Assembly (NCBI GenBank): GCA_020851555.1 | Contig: JADZCM010000014.1 | Location: 59,636-123,635, forward strand | Reading direction: 5' to 3' | DNA length: 64,000 nucleotides | Source: Bryobacterales bacterium | GTDB lineage: Bacteria; Acidobacteriota; Terriglobia; Bryobacterales; Bryobacteraceae | Made by a program: the position numbers and the translations under genes | Shown here: one piece after another, positions 1 to 8,046 of the stretch | Layout: the number at the start of each line of letters is the position of its first letter | Numbering within the stretch: the stretch's first letter is position 1 | Notes under the pieces: generated by a model | Database searches by the model: none | What the model was told of the DNA's origin: nothing | What the model saw: the letters and a program-made list of their open reading frames with translations, nothing else

Positions 1-78
1 CGCCATGGATGAACGGCGGGCGATTAAGGCGTTACTGCGGCATAAGTACTGAACGGCACGAGATTCGAGGAGCTATCT

Positions 79-846
79 ATGGGAATTACTTTCGATTTTC
101 ACGGGCAAGTCGCAGTGGTGACTGGCGCAGCATCCGGCATGGGTCTGGCGACAGCACGGGCATTCGCAGAGGCGGGCGCCGCCGTGGTACTCGCAGACGT
201 GAAGAGAGAACTGCTGGAAGCCGAAGTCCGGAACCTTACCAGTGCTGGCAGCAAGGCGATTGCCGTGTTGTGTGATGTGAGTGAGGATGCGCAGGTAGCT
301 GCCATGGTCGACCGCACTGTTGCGGAGTTTGGCCGGCTAGACGCAGCATTCAACAACGCGGGTGTCATGGCTCGCATTGCACCGACCGCCGAGAGCACCC
401 GCGAGGAATGGGACCGGGTGATCGGAATCAACTTGCGCGGCGTGTGGAGTTCGATGAAGTATGAGCTGCAGCAGATGGAACGCCAGGGCAGCGGCGCGAT
501 TGTGAATAACGCGTCTGTCGGCGCATTGACCGGCAATCCCGGGATTGGCTCCTACATCGCCTCCAAACACGGTGTGGTCGGCCTGACGCGCACGGCTGCC
601 CTGGAATACATCAAGCACGGCATTCGCATAAACGCCGTCAATCCTGGACTGATCGATACGCAAATTGCCCGCGATGTGGTGGACGGAAGCGAGCAAGCCT
701 ACAACGAGATCGCCAAGAACGTCCCCATCGCCCGCGCTGGCAGGCCCGAGGAGATCGCAGCAGCGGTCCTGTGGCTTTGCAGTCCGGGCGCGAGCTACGT
801 CGTTGGTCATGCGCTTACGGTCGATGGCGGAATGACCGTGCCTTAG
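79..846 (+). CDS. SDR family NAD(P)-dependent oxidoreductase
   Basis: 255-aa ORF. It has the Rossmann motif TGAASGMGLA near the N-terminus, an NNAG motif, the catalytic YIASKHG (YxxxK) and a C-terminal GHALTVDGG typical of classical short-chain dehydrogenases. Confidence 0.9.
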   Translation: MGITFDFHGQVAVVTGAASGMGLATARAFAEAGAAVVLADVKRELLEAEVRNLTSAGSKAIAVLCDVSEDAQVAAMVDRTVAEFGRLDAAFNNAGVMARIAPTAESTREEWDRVIGINLRGVWSSMKYELQQMERQGSGAIVNNASVGALTGNPGIGSYIASKHGVVGLTRTAALEYIKHGIRINAVNPGLIDTQIARDVVDGSEQAYNEIAKNVPIARAGRPEEIAAAVLWLCSPGASYVVGHALTVDGGMTVP

Positions 847-908
847 CCCAGCGGCCATCCGGTCCTGACCTGCGGCACGTTCACGCCGCGGCGGGCGTAC
901 GTTGTAAA

Positions 909-1463
909 GGTGAACTGAACAGATTGTTGGCGCGGGCCGGGCTTGACCCAAAGCTGCGCGGCAATCGGGACACAGGTCTCTTTTCCAGCGGTAGAGTCTT
1001 TGAAAATGAAGAAAAGCTGTTCACCTTCTTCAGGATCGGTTCCAGGCGGTATTCCTTCAATGGCCACTTCGAGTCCACCTGCTGTCACCCGCTGCTGCTG
1101 TTCAGTCGGGAAGGCGACTGCCTGGCGGCAAAGCTGCGGCCTGGTAACGTCCACAGTGCCGATAATTTGGAAGAACTGCTGCTTCCCGAAATCGAGCGGC
1201 AGCAGAAGCTGGGCAAGGATGTCGTGTTTCGCGCCGGCACGGCCTTCACCAAACCAGAGATCTATGAAGCCCTGGAGGCGCGCGGCGTGAGGTACGCCAT
1301 TCGCATCCCGGCCAACGGCCGCCTGGAGCGGGGCATCGCGGAATTGCTGACCCGTCCGGTGGAACGCCCCAGCCATAAGCCGGTGTTCTGATATAAGAGC
1401 TTTCTGTACCAGGCAGCGAGTTGGAAGACGGCACGGCGGGTGGTGGCCAAGGTGGAGTTTCAC
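909..1463 (+). pseudogene. IS1380-family (DDE group 1) transposase fragment with in-frame stop
   Basis: The translation contains NGHFESTCCHPLLLF...LRPGNVHSADN...FRAGTAFTKPEIYEALEARGVRYAIRIPAN...RPVERP...KPVF*YKSFLYQAASWKTARRVVAKVEFH, which matches the central block of IS1380-type transposases. It is interrupted by TGA at 1389-1391 and lacks both the N- and C-terminal parts. The left boundary is uncertain. Confidence 0.6.
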
Positions 1464-1622
1464 TTTGCGGAGGCGCGCGTTTCCATCCGGCAGTTCCTGG
1501 AGCAGGTCTATAACCGGAAACGGCTGCACTCCGCGCTGGGCTACGTGCCGCCGGCGGAGTTCGAGGCCGTCCTGCCAGCCAAGCGCAATGAGGAGGCCGC
1601 TACGCGGCGTCTTGGCTTATGA
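1464..1622 (+). pseudogene. IS3-family integrase (rve) C-terminal fragment, joined in frame to the IS1380 fragment
   Basis: FAEARVSIRQFLEQVYNRKRLHSALGYVPPAEFEA is the conserved C-terminal tail of IS3 OrfB transposases (YN..RLHSALGY..P.EFE). No catalytic DDE region lies upstream. Confidence 0.6.
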
Positions 1623-1869
1623 GTCTTTTTTGGCATCGGGAAATCTATCCATCCGATGGAGGCGCGATCGTTTCCGGTCGCGCCCCCGCTCATCGTCTGG
1701 ATGAGTTTCCGGCTGGTTATTCCTCGGCGGTTTGCTCTCCAGCAGCGACCGCCTCCGCTTCGCCAGCCGGCTTCCAGTATGCGGTACAGTTGTCTTGCGG
1801 GTCGAGGATTTTCCATCGAACGGTCACCAGTGTCTTAATCGGTTGTCTCACGCAAGGGGACAAGCGCAG

Positions 1870-2145
1870 ATGTTCATTGGCTACTCTCTGCCACCGTCCG
1901 ACATGCACTCCACGGTCCTGTTCCGGACCAGCGTTAAGCACGGGGGCCTGGACTGTGTGGTCGTAGTCAATCCTGACTCGGAGGCTAGGCGAAGAACGCG
2001 GGAGGTGCTACAGCGTGGAATCGGCGACAAGACCAGAGTTCTGAGTTTCGATGAGTTTGGCGAGTTCGCTAACGCCAGCCCAGCGCCCCTATCTGCGCTT
2101 TCGGCCGGTACCAAACCCAGGGCGAAAAAGACCACAACGAAGTGA
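1870..2145 (+). CDS. Hypothetical 91-aa ORF, possibly the C-terminal remnant of a larger gene
   Basis: The ORF runs from ATG at 1870 and begins MFIGYSLPPSDMHSTVLF...VVVVNPDSEARRRTREVL. The protein-like composition starts abruptly. The stop TGA (2143-2145) overlaps GTG 2142 and lies 12 nt before mcrB ATG 2157. No convincing N-terminal domain or RBS is visible. Confidence 0.25.
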   Translation: MFIGYSLPPSDMHSTVLFRTSVKHGGLDCVVVVNPDSEARRRTREVLQRGIGDKTRVLSFDEFGEFANASPAPLSALSAGTKPRAKKTTTK

Positions 2146-2156
2146 GGCAAGGCATA

Positions 2157-4541
2157 ATGGCTCCGGTTCTCTTCTTGAACGTGGGATGGATGAAGCTCTA
2201 TCAGGGCGAGTCGGCCGCACTGGCCAGCCCCGACCTTGACTTCTCAATGCTGAATTACCGGGAAGTCCATGGCAACTATTACGGCTACGGACAGATCGCT
2301 GGGAACAAGGTGAAGCTCCATAAGATCGGTGCTGACCCCAGCGCCGACCGGATGGAAGGTGTGACCGTCGTTTGGTTTTCCACGTCACCTGCTGGCAAGA
2401 AAGTCCTCGTCGGCTGGTACAGTAAAGCGACGGTGTTCCGGGACTATCAATCTCCGCCGCCAGGCTCTGGTCGGGAGATCAACGGAACCGAGGTGGGTTT
2501 CTACGCGGTTGCCAAAGTCGAGGACTGCCTGCTGCTTCCGGAGAACGAGCGGGTGTTCCCGATTCCGCGAGGCAAGGGCGGCAATGAACCAGTGCGGATC
2601 TGGTACGCCGATGAACCCGAGGACGAAGGCTACAAGAACAAGGTACTTGCCTATATCGCGTCGGGCGGCAAGGTGATACCGCCGAACCCGGCGGCGAATT
2701 CGTGGGTCTTCCAGGCGAACCCACTGTACTTCAACATCACGGACGCCGTCGAGAAGCTCACCAGCATGAGCTGGCTCGTCAGCAGGTACAAGGATCGGAT
2801 TGGCGCAGGCGATCATTTGTATCTATGGCGCTGCGGAGAGGACGCCGGGATCGTGGCGACTGGAACGGTCCTCACGGAACCCGCGCCGCTCCCCGAGAAC
2901 GAGGAGGAACTTGCCTTCGCGGTGCAGCCTGAGTATTTCAAGGGCAACGAGACCCGTGTCCGCCTCAACATCGAGCAAATTGTCAAGCCCGCGCTCCTGA
3001 AGACGGTTCTCAAGAGCGATCCCAGGCTGAAGGATCTTTCCATCCTGAACATCCGCCAGGGCACGAACTTCCCGGTTTCCGAGGATGAGGCCGCCGCGCT
3101 GGACGAGTTGATCGCCGCCCATCTGGAAGGCGGCGACGAAGTCCTGGAGGAAGGTGCCGCCAAACCCGAGGCGCGACCGACAGGCCGGGTCTGGGTGTAT
3201 GCGCCAGGGCCGAAGGCGAAGTACTGGGAGGAGTTCTACCGCGAAGGGATCATGGCAATTGGCTGGGACGACATCGGCGACTTGCGCCAGTACCCCACCC
3301 AGGAGACCGTCGCCAACAAGCTCATTGAGGTGTACCAGCCCAAGGGCTACCCCAAGAACGATTCGAGGGCCTGCTTCGATTTCGTTCACTCTATCCAACC
3401 GGGCGACCGCGTGATTGCGAAGAAGGGCTTGAGCGAGATGGTCGGCTACGGCGTCGTGGTCGGCGGATATGAACACCGACCGGATCGCGGCTACTACCAG
3501 AACGTCCGCCAGGTTCGGTGGGACGGGCGCGGGACGTGGCTTTGTGAAGGCGTATTCGCGATGAAGACGCTCACCGACTTCACGCCCTACCCAGACACCG
3601 TTGCCGGGCTGTACTCGATATTGGGTATCGAACCCGCCCAGGCGCCCCCGGAGCGGCCTCCGGCACTCCCGCGCTACACAGTCGATCAAGCGCTACAGGG
3701 CGTTGCGTTCGACCCGGCGGCGTTCGAGAACATCCTCCGCGTCTGGGAGAACAAGAAGAACCTGATCCTGCAGGGGCCTCCCGGTGTCGGCAAGACATTC
3801 CTGGCGCGGCGGTTGGCGTATGCGCTGATTGGGTACGAACTTCCGTCGCGGGTGGGGATGGTCCAGTTCCACCAGAGCTACGCCTATGAGGACTTCATTC
3901 AGGGGTACCGCCCCAAGGAGACCGGGTTCGAACGGCGCGACGGAGTTTTTGTGCGCTTCTGCAACCGGGCCAGAGCGGACCAGGACTCCCGCTACGTCTT
4001 CATCATTGACGAGATCAACCGGGGCAACCTCAGCAAGGTCTTTGGCGAGCTGCTGATGCTGATCGAGAAGGACTATCGCGGCAGCAAGCACTCCGTGACC
4101 TTGACCTACAGCGCGAAGGACGACGAGCAGTTTTACGTCCCGGACAACGTGTTCATTCTAGGCATGATGAACACGGCGGATCGCTCGTTGGCGCTGGTGG
4201 ATTACGCCTTGCGCCGCCGCTTTGCCTTCGAGCGCCTGAACCCGATGTTCGGCCAGCGTTCATTCAAGCAATTCCTCGCCAGTGGGGGAACGGACCCGGC
4301 GCTGACGACCGCCGTCTCGGATCGGCTGATCGAGTTGAACGAAGCGATTTCCGAAGACCCGAACCTCGGGCCAGGATTCTGCGTTGGCCACAGCTACTTC
4401 TGCCAACCTGGTCGGGCGCTGACCGCCACGAACTACATTGACGCGGTGAAGAACGAGATTCTGCCCTTGCTGGAGGAGTACTGGGTGGATGATCGCGACC
4501 GATTGGAGAAGTGGCGCGAAAAGTTACTGGCGAGCTTTTGA
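2157..4541 (+). CDS. mcrB: McrB-family GTPase (type IV restriction, AAA+ motor) with long multi-domain N-terminal extension
   Basis: The C-terminal roughly 290 aa carry Walker A GPPGVGKT (3774-3797), FHQSYAYEDFIQGYRP, Walker B FIIDEINRGNLSKVFGELL, and the McrB signature ILGMMNTADRSLALVDYALRRRFAF. The start could be GTG 2142 or ATG 2157. I chose ATG 2157, which has GAGG about 10 nt upstream. Confidence 0.9.
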   Translation: MAPVLFLNVGWMKLYQGESAALASPDLDFSMLNYREVHGNYYGYGQIAGNKVKLHKIGADPSADRMEGVTVVWFSTSPAGKKVLVGWYSKATVFRDYQSPPPGSGREINGTEVGFYAVAKVEDCLLLPENERVFPIPRGKGGNEPVRIWYADEPEDEGYKNKVLAYIASGGKVIPPNPAANSWVFQANPLYFNITDAVEKLTSMSWLVSRYKDRIGAGDHLYLWRCGEDAGIVATGTVLTEPAPLPENEEELAFAVQPEYFKGNETRVRLNIEQIVKPALLKTVLKSDPRLKDLSILNIRQGTNFPVSEDEAAALDELIAAHLEGGDEVLEEGAAKPEARPTGRVWVYAPGPKAKYWEEFYREGIMAIGWDDIGDLRQYPTQETVANKLIEVYQPKGYPKNDSRACFDFVHSIQPGDRVIAKKGLSEMVGYGVVVGGYEHRPDRGYYQNVRQVRWDGRGTWLCEGVFAMKTLTDFTPYPDTVAGLYSILGIEPAQAPPERPPALPRYTVDQALQGVAFDPAAFENILRVWENKKNLILQGPPGVGKTFLARRLAYALIGYELPSRVGMVQFHQSYAYEDFIQGYRPKETGFERRDGVFVRFCNRARADQDSRYVFIIDEINRGNLSKVFGELLMLIEKDYRGSKHSVTLTYSAKDDEQFYVPDNVFILGMMNTADRSLALVDYALRRRFAFERLNPMFGQRSFKQFLASGGTDPALTTAVSDRLIELNEAISEDPNLGPGFCVGHSYFCQPGRALTATNYIDAVKNEILPLLEEYWVDDRDRLEKWREKLLASF

Positions 4542-4553
4542 GGCCGACGCGAC

Positions 4554-5576
4554 ATGGCGATCCCGGTTCAGAACATCTACTACCTGCTCTGCTACGCCTG
4601 GGATGAGTTCGCGCCGAAGCAGTTGGAGAAGATCGCGACCGAGGAGTTCCCCGACGCTGTTCACTTGTTCGCCCGGCTGCTGGCAACCGGGGTGCGGTCA
4701 CTACACCAGCGTGGCTTTGAGACGGGCTACGTGACCCTGGAGCAGGTAACCAGTTCGCCGCGTGGCCGGATCATGATGGCCGAGACTCTGCTGCTGGTGG
4801 CGACTCAACCAGCGCGGGTCTGCTGCACTTTCGACGAAATGAGCGTCGACGTCCTGACCAATCAGATCCTGAAGGCGGCCCTCCGCCGCATCCTCGACAC
4901 GAAGGATTTGGACCGGAACCTGAGGGCCGAGGTGCGGTCGGCGTGGCGGCTGTTCGACCAGGTCGGCGACATCGATTTGACGCCCCGCGTGTTCTACAAG
5001 GTGCGGCTCCACCAGAACAACCGCCTGTACGCATTTCTGATCAACGTGTGCCGCTTCCTGTTCGACTCGCTCCAGCCTCTCGACCACGCGGGCGGGTACA
5101 GGTTCCAGGATGTCCTGCGGGAGCCAGAACGCCTGCAGCGAATCTACGAGAAGTTCGTGCGGAACTTCTATCGGCGGTGCCAATCGGTGTACACCGTCAA
5201 GCGCGACCGCATGGACTGGGCCGGCCAGCCGCTGGACGGCGCGGACTTCTCGCTGGTACCGCAGATGGAGACCGACGTGACGTTACGTTCGCCGTCGCGG
5301 TGCATCGTGGTGGAGTGCAAGTACACGGAGTCCATCTACCAGCAGAACTACTTCAAGGGGAAATTCCGGTCGGGCCACCTCTATCAGCTCGCGGCGTACC
5401 TCCAGAATCTGGAGACGAACTCGGAAGGCATCCTGCTCTACCCGACCGCCGGGGTGGCCGTGGATCAGAGCTACATGCTGCACGGCCACCGGGTGAGGAT
5501 GACCACGCTGGACCTGGACCGACCATGGCCGAAGATCGCGGCGTCGCTGATGGCGTTGGTGGAGAGCGCTAACTGA
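4554..5576 (+). CDS. mcrC: McrC nuclease subunit of McrBC
   Basis: 340-aa ORF starting 12 nt after mcrB. The N-terminus NIYYLLCYAW is typical of McrC. A C-terminal PD-(D/E)xK-like motif is present (METDVTL...IVVECKYTE). Confidence 0.85.
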   Translation: MAIPVQNIYYLLCYAWDEFAPKQLEKIATEEFPDAVHLFARLLATGVRSLHQRGFETGYVTLEQVTSSPRGRIMMAETLLLVATQPARVCCTFDEMSVDVLTNQILKAALRRILDTKDLDRNLRAEVRSAWRLFDQVGDIDLTPRVFYKVRLHQNNRLYAFLINVCRFLFDSLQPLDHAGGYRFQDVLREPERLQRIYEKFVRNFYRRCQSVYTVKRDRMDWAGQPLDGADFSLVPQMETDVTLRSPSRCIVVECKYTESIYQQNYFKGKFRSGHLYQLAAYLQNLETNSEGILLYPTAGVAVDQSYMLHGHRVRMTTLDLDRPWPKIAASLMALVESAN

Positions 5577-5714
5577 TTCACGCCGCCGCCTGGTCCAGAA
5601 GCAGAAGGGACCGGGTCTCACACGAGTCTCCGGCCCAATCCCACCACTCTGCCAGGCTCATCCGGCGGCACGATGTGCTCACCCTGTCCGTGCCGCTGGT
5701 CCGGGCGCTCACCT

Positions 5715-6308
5715 TCATGATTGTGCCCGGCGGTTGAAATTACTTAGTAGCGGGTAGTTGCCGGTGCTGTAGATCATCTCCCCACCCGGCGCCGCGACCA
5801 TGGGCCGCCGCAGCACGTACCGCACCCAGTTGGGGCTCAGCACCCATGCGCCATAGTTGCGGATGCTGGTGGACTGGAGCCCCGAACGCATGGTCAGCAG
5901 GTCTTCGATGGTGATGGCCCGCCTAGCGGAATCGAGCGGCTCAGTGAAGTACGGCGCTATCGGCGCCTGGGCGCCCGGGATCAGCCCGCGCTCGATGGCG
6001 ATGCCCACCAGCGCCGAGATCACGCTCTTAGACGCCGACTTGATGTTGGCGGGCGTGCCGGCGCGCGCCCCGTGGAAGTAGCGCTCCAGGACCAGCTTGC
6101 CCTGCCGGCTCACCAGCAGGCTTCGCAGCCGGGGCAATCCGGCCGCCGCTTTGCCGATCCCTTCGATGTCCGCTGCCGCCGCGGGCAGAGCCGCGAGCAG
6201 CAAGAGCCCCCACTTGAGACCCCGGGAAAACGGTCGTAATCCCCCCGCAGGCCGCACATGGCCCGGCGTACGCGCAGGAGAACCGGCCGGTCCCGCCGTC
6301 TGCTTCAT
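5715..6308 (-). pseudogene. Serine hydrolase / beta-lactamase-family protein, 3'-truncated
   Basis: It runs from ATG 6308 (MKQTAG...), with a signal-like LLLLAALPAAAA. The motif SASKSVISALVGIAIERGLI (SxxK) and YSTGNYPLLS match the N-terminal half of class-C beta-lactamase/PBP4*-like hydrolases. The ORF ends after about 197 aa with the unrelated tail NFNRRAQS*, whereas family members are usually more than 330 aa. Confidence 0.6.
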
Positions 6309-6315
6309 CCGCAAC

Positions 6316-7890
6316 CTACGGGCTGACGCACGCGCCCCCCAGCGCGGCGTTGACCACGCGCTGCACGTCGATGACGTTGCAGGCGCCGTCACGGTTGATG
6401 TCCGATGTGCAGGCCACGATTCCGAGCGCCTGATTGACCTGGAGCTGGACGTCCACCACGTTGGTGGACCCATCCCCGTTCACGTCGCAGGCGGATGGCT
6501 GCGCCGCCCCGTCTCCCCAGCGTATTTCCAGCGCCGGCCGGGCCGCGGCGTTCCAATCCCCGACATTCGAAGACCAGAAGTACTTTCCGCTGTGATAGTC
6601 CCCGTCCGTCGAATAGAAGGCGAGCCGGAGAGGCTGCCCCTGCCGATAGGCTTCGGCGGCGGCGTAGCTGACGTCCCAGTCATACGGTCCGGCCGGATGG
6701 GCGTTGTCGATAGGGTAGACCCAGGTGACCGAGATGTTCTGTTCCGCGTACGGGGCGTTGTTCCAGGTGATTGTGCTCTCCAGCCAATCCTCGGAAACCG
6801 TCAGCGCATTGATGGCCGACGGCCTGGCGTCGCCGGGGTTGTAGCCCGCGTTGCCGAAGAGGTTCAGCCTGACGCGCGCCGAGATTATGCTTTTCCCTGG
6901 CGGGACTCCGGTGAGCGGGAATGTCACGTAGTATTTCGAGAAACACATGAAGTCGGCCACATCCCACTGATTCTGGATGTTGAACTGATCGTATCCCGCG
7001 TAGTTGGCGTTGCCCCATTCGGTCCAGGCGTTCCTGGCGCCTCCGCAGTCTCCATGCCCTCCGACAGCGGCGTCAACCACCGTCGCGCCGTCGAGTCCCT
7101 GGCGTACGACCGTGGCGCCGGTCACGACGGAGGTGGGCGGCGTGTAGACGGGCCGTCCGAACCTGAGTTGCCCCCAGGTTGATGGGCGCAGGTTCTGGAA
7201 GGTCTCGGGCCAGGTCTGGTCGGGGTTCACGGCTTCATCGCGGTCGTGTACAACGACGCCCAAGCCCCAGGTGGAGCCCGGCGCCGGCGGACCGCTCAAC
7301 CCCAGACTTGAGAACGGAATCCTGAACTCGGCCTGCCACCCCACGTCCCACACGCTGTCATTGGGGTAGTTACCTCTCCACGAGGAGGCGCCCGTGAAGG
7401 ACGTTGTCCCGAGGGTCCACCCGCTTCCCGTGCCCCGGAAAGCGGCCTGAGAAGACTGGAGCTGCTTCACAAACCAGTAGCTCGTGGGTCCGGGCGCCTG
7501 CCCGGTGTTCCCGGACAGGTCCAGATAGATCGACACGGCGTCCCAGGCGGTGAGGGTCGCGGGAGTGGGGGCGGTGTCATACCACAGGAGACGGTCCGGA
7601 ATGTGGACGACAAACTGGATGTTACTGTCGAAGTACCAGACCCGGACGTCCGCATAGTTGCTGGTCATGCTCACGCTGCCGAACCAGAAGATGGCGGGGA
7701 CGAAATCGGCGGCGGGCTCCGCGGCTCCCAGATACGGAACGTTGACCCGCCGCAACGGGGCGGCTTCGAGCAAAGCAGCCAGGAGCAGCGCGGCCGCCGC
7801 CACGCAACACGCCCGCGAGCGCCAGGAGCGAAGGCGTGAGAACCCGGGCGTCGCTTGCATTCCCGCCCGCCAGTGAAAGACCTCTTTCAT
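6316..7890 (-). CDS. Secreted CBM9-like / DNRLRE-domain protein with C-terminal dockerin-type repeats
   Basis: Signal-like N-terminus (an alternative start is MQATPG at 7860). There is a CBM9/DOMON-like beta-rich region. The DNRLRE-type block is VRLNLFGNAGYNPGD...LTVSEDWLESTITWNNAPY. The C-terminus has two dockerin-like Ca-binding repeats (CDVNGDGSTNVVDVQLQVNQALG / SDINRDGACNVIDVQRVVNAALG). Confidence 0.75.
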   Translation of the reverse strand: MKEVFHWRAGMQATPGFSRLRSWRSRACCVAAAALLLAALLEAAPLRRVNVPYLGAAEPAADFVPAIFWFGSVSMTSNYADVRVWYFDSNIQFVVHIPDRLLWYDTAPTPATLTAWDAVSIYLDLSGNTGQAPGPTSYWFVKQLQSSQAAFRGTGSGWTLGTTSFTGASSWRGNYPNDSVWDVGWQAEFRIPFSSLGLSGPPAPGSTWGLGVVVHDRDEAVNPDQTWPETFQNLRPSTWGQLRFGRPVYTPPTSVVTGATVVRQGLDGATVVDAAVGGHGDCGGARNAWTEWGNANYAGYDQFNIQNQWDVADFMCFSKYYVTFPLTGVPPGKSIISARVRLNLFGNAGYNPGDARPSAINALTVSEDWLESTITWNNAPYAEQNISVTWVYPIDNAHPAGPYDWDVSYAAAEAYRQGQPLRLAFYSTDGDYHSGKYFWSSNVGDWNAAARPALEIRWGDGAAQPSACDVNGDGSTNVVDVQLQVNQALGIVACTSDINRDGACNVIDVQRVVNAALGGACVSP

Positions 7891-8046
7891 CGGCTCACCT
7901 CATACCAGCATCCCACGAGGCGCTGGAGCGTGGAGTGGCAACGGCGGAGCGGCCTGGGCCGGCAACCGGGCCGCCTCCCGTACGGCGCCTGCCTCCCCGT
8001 TCCGGCCTGGCGGCCCGTGACGGCCGCCCGGTGTAGAATAGTCCCG

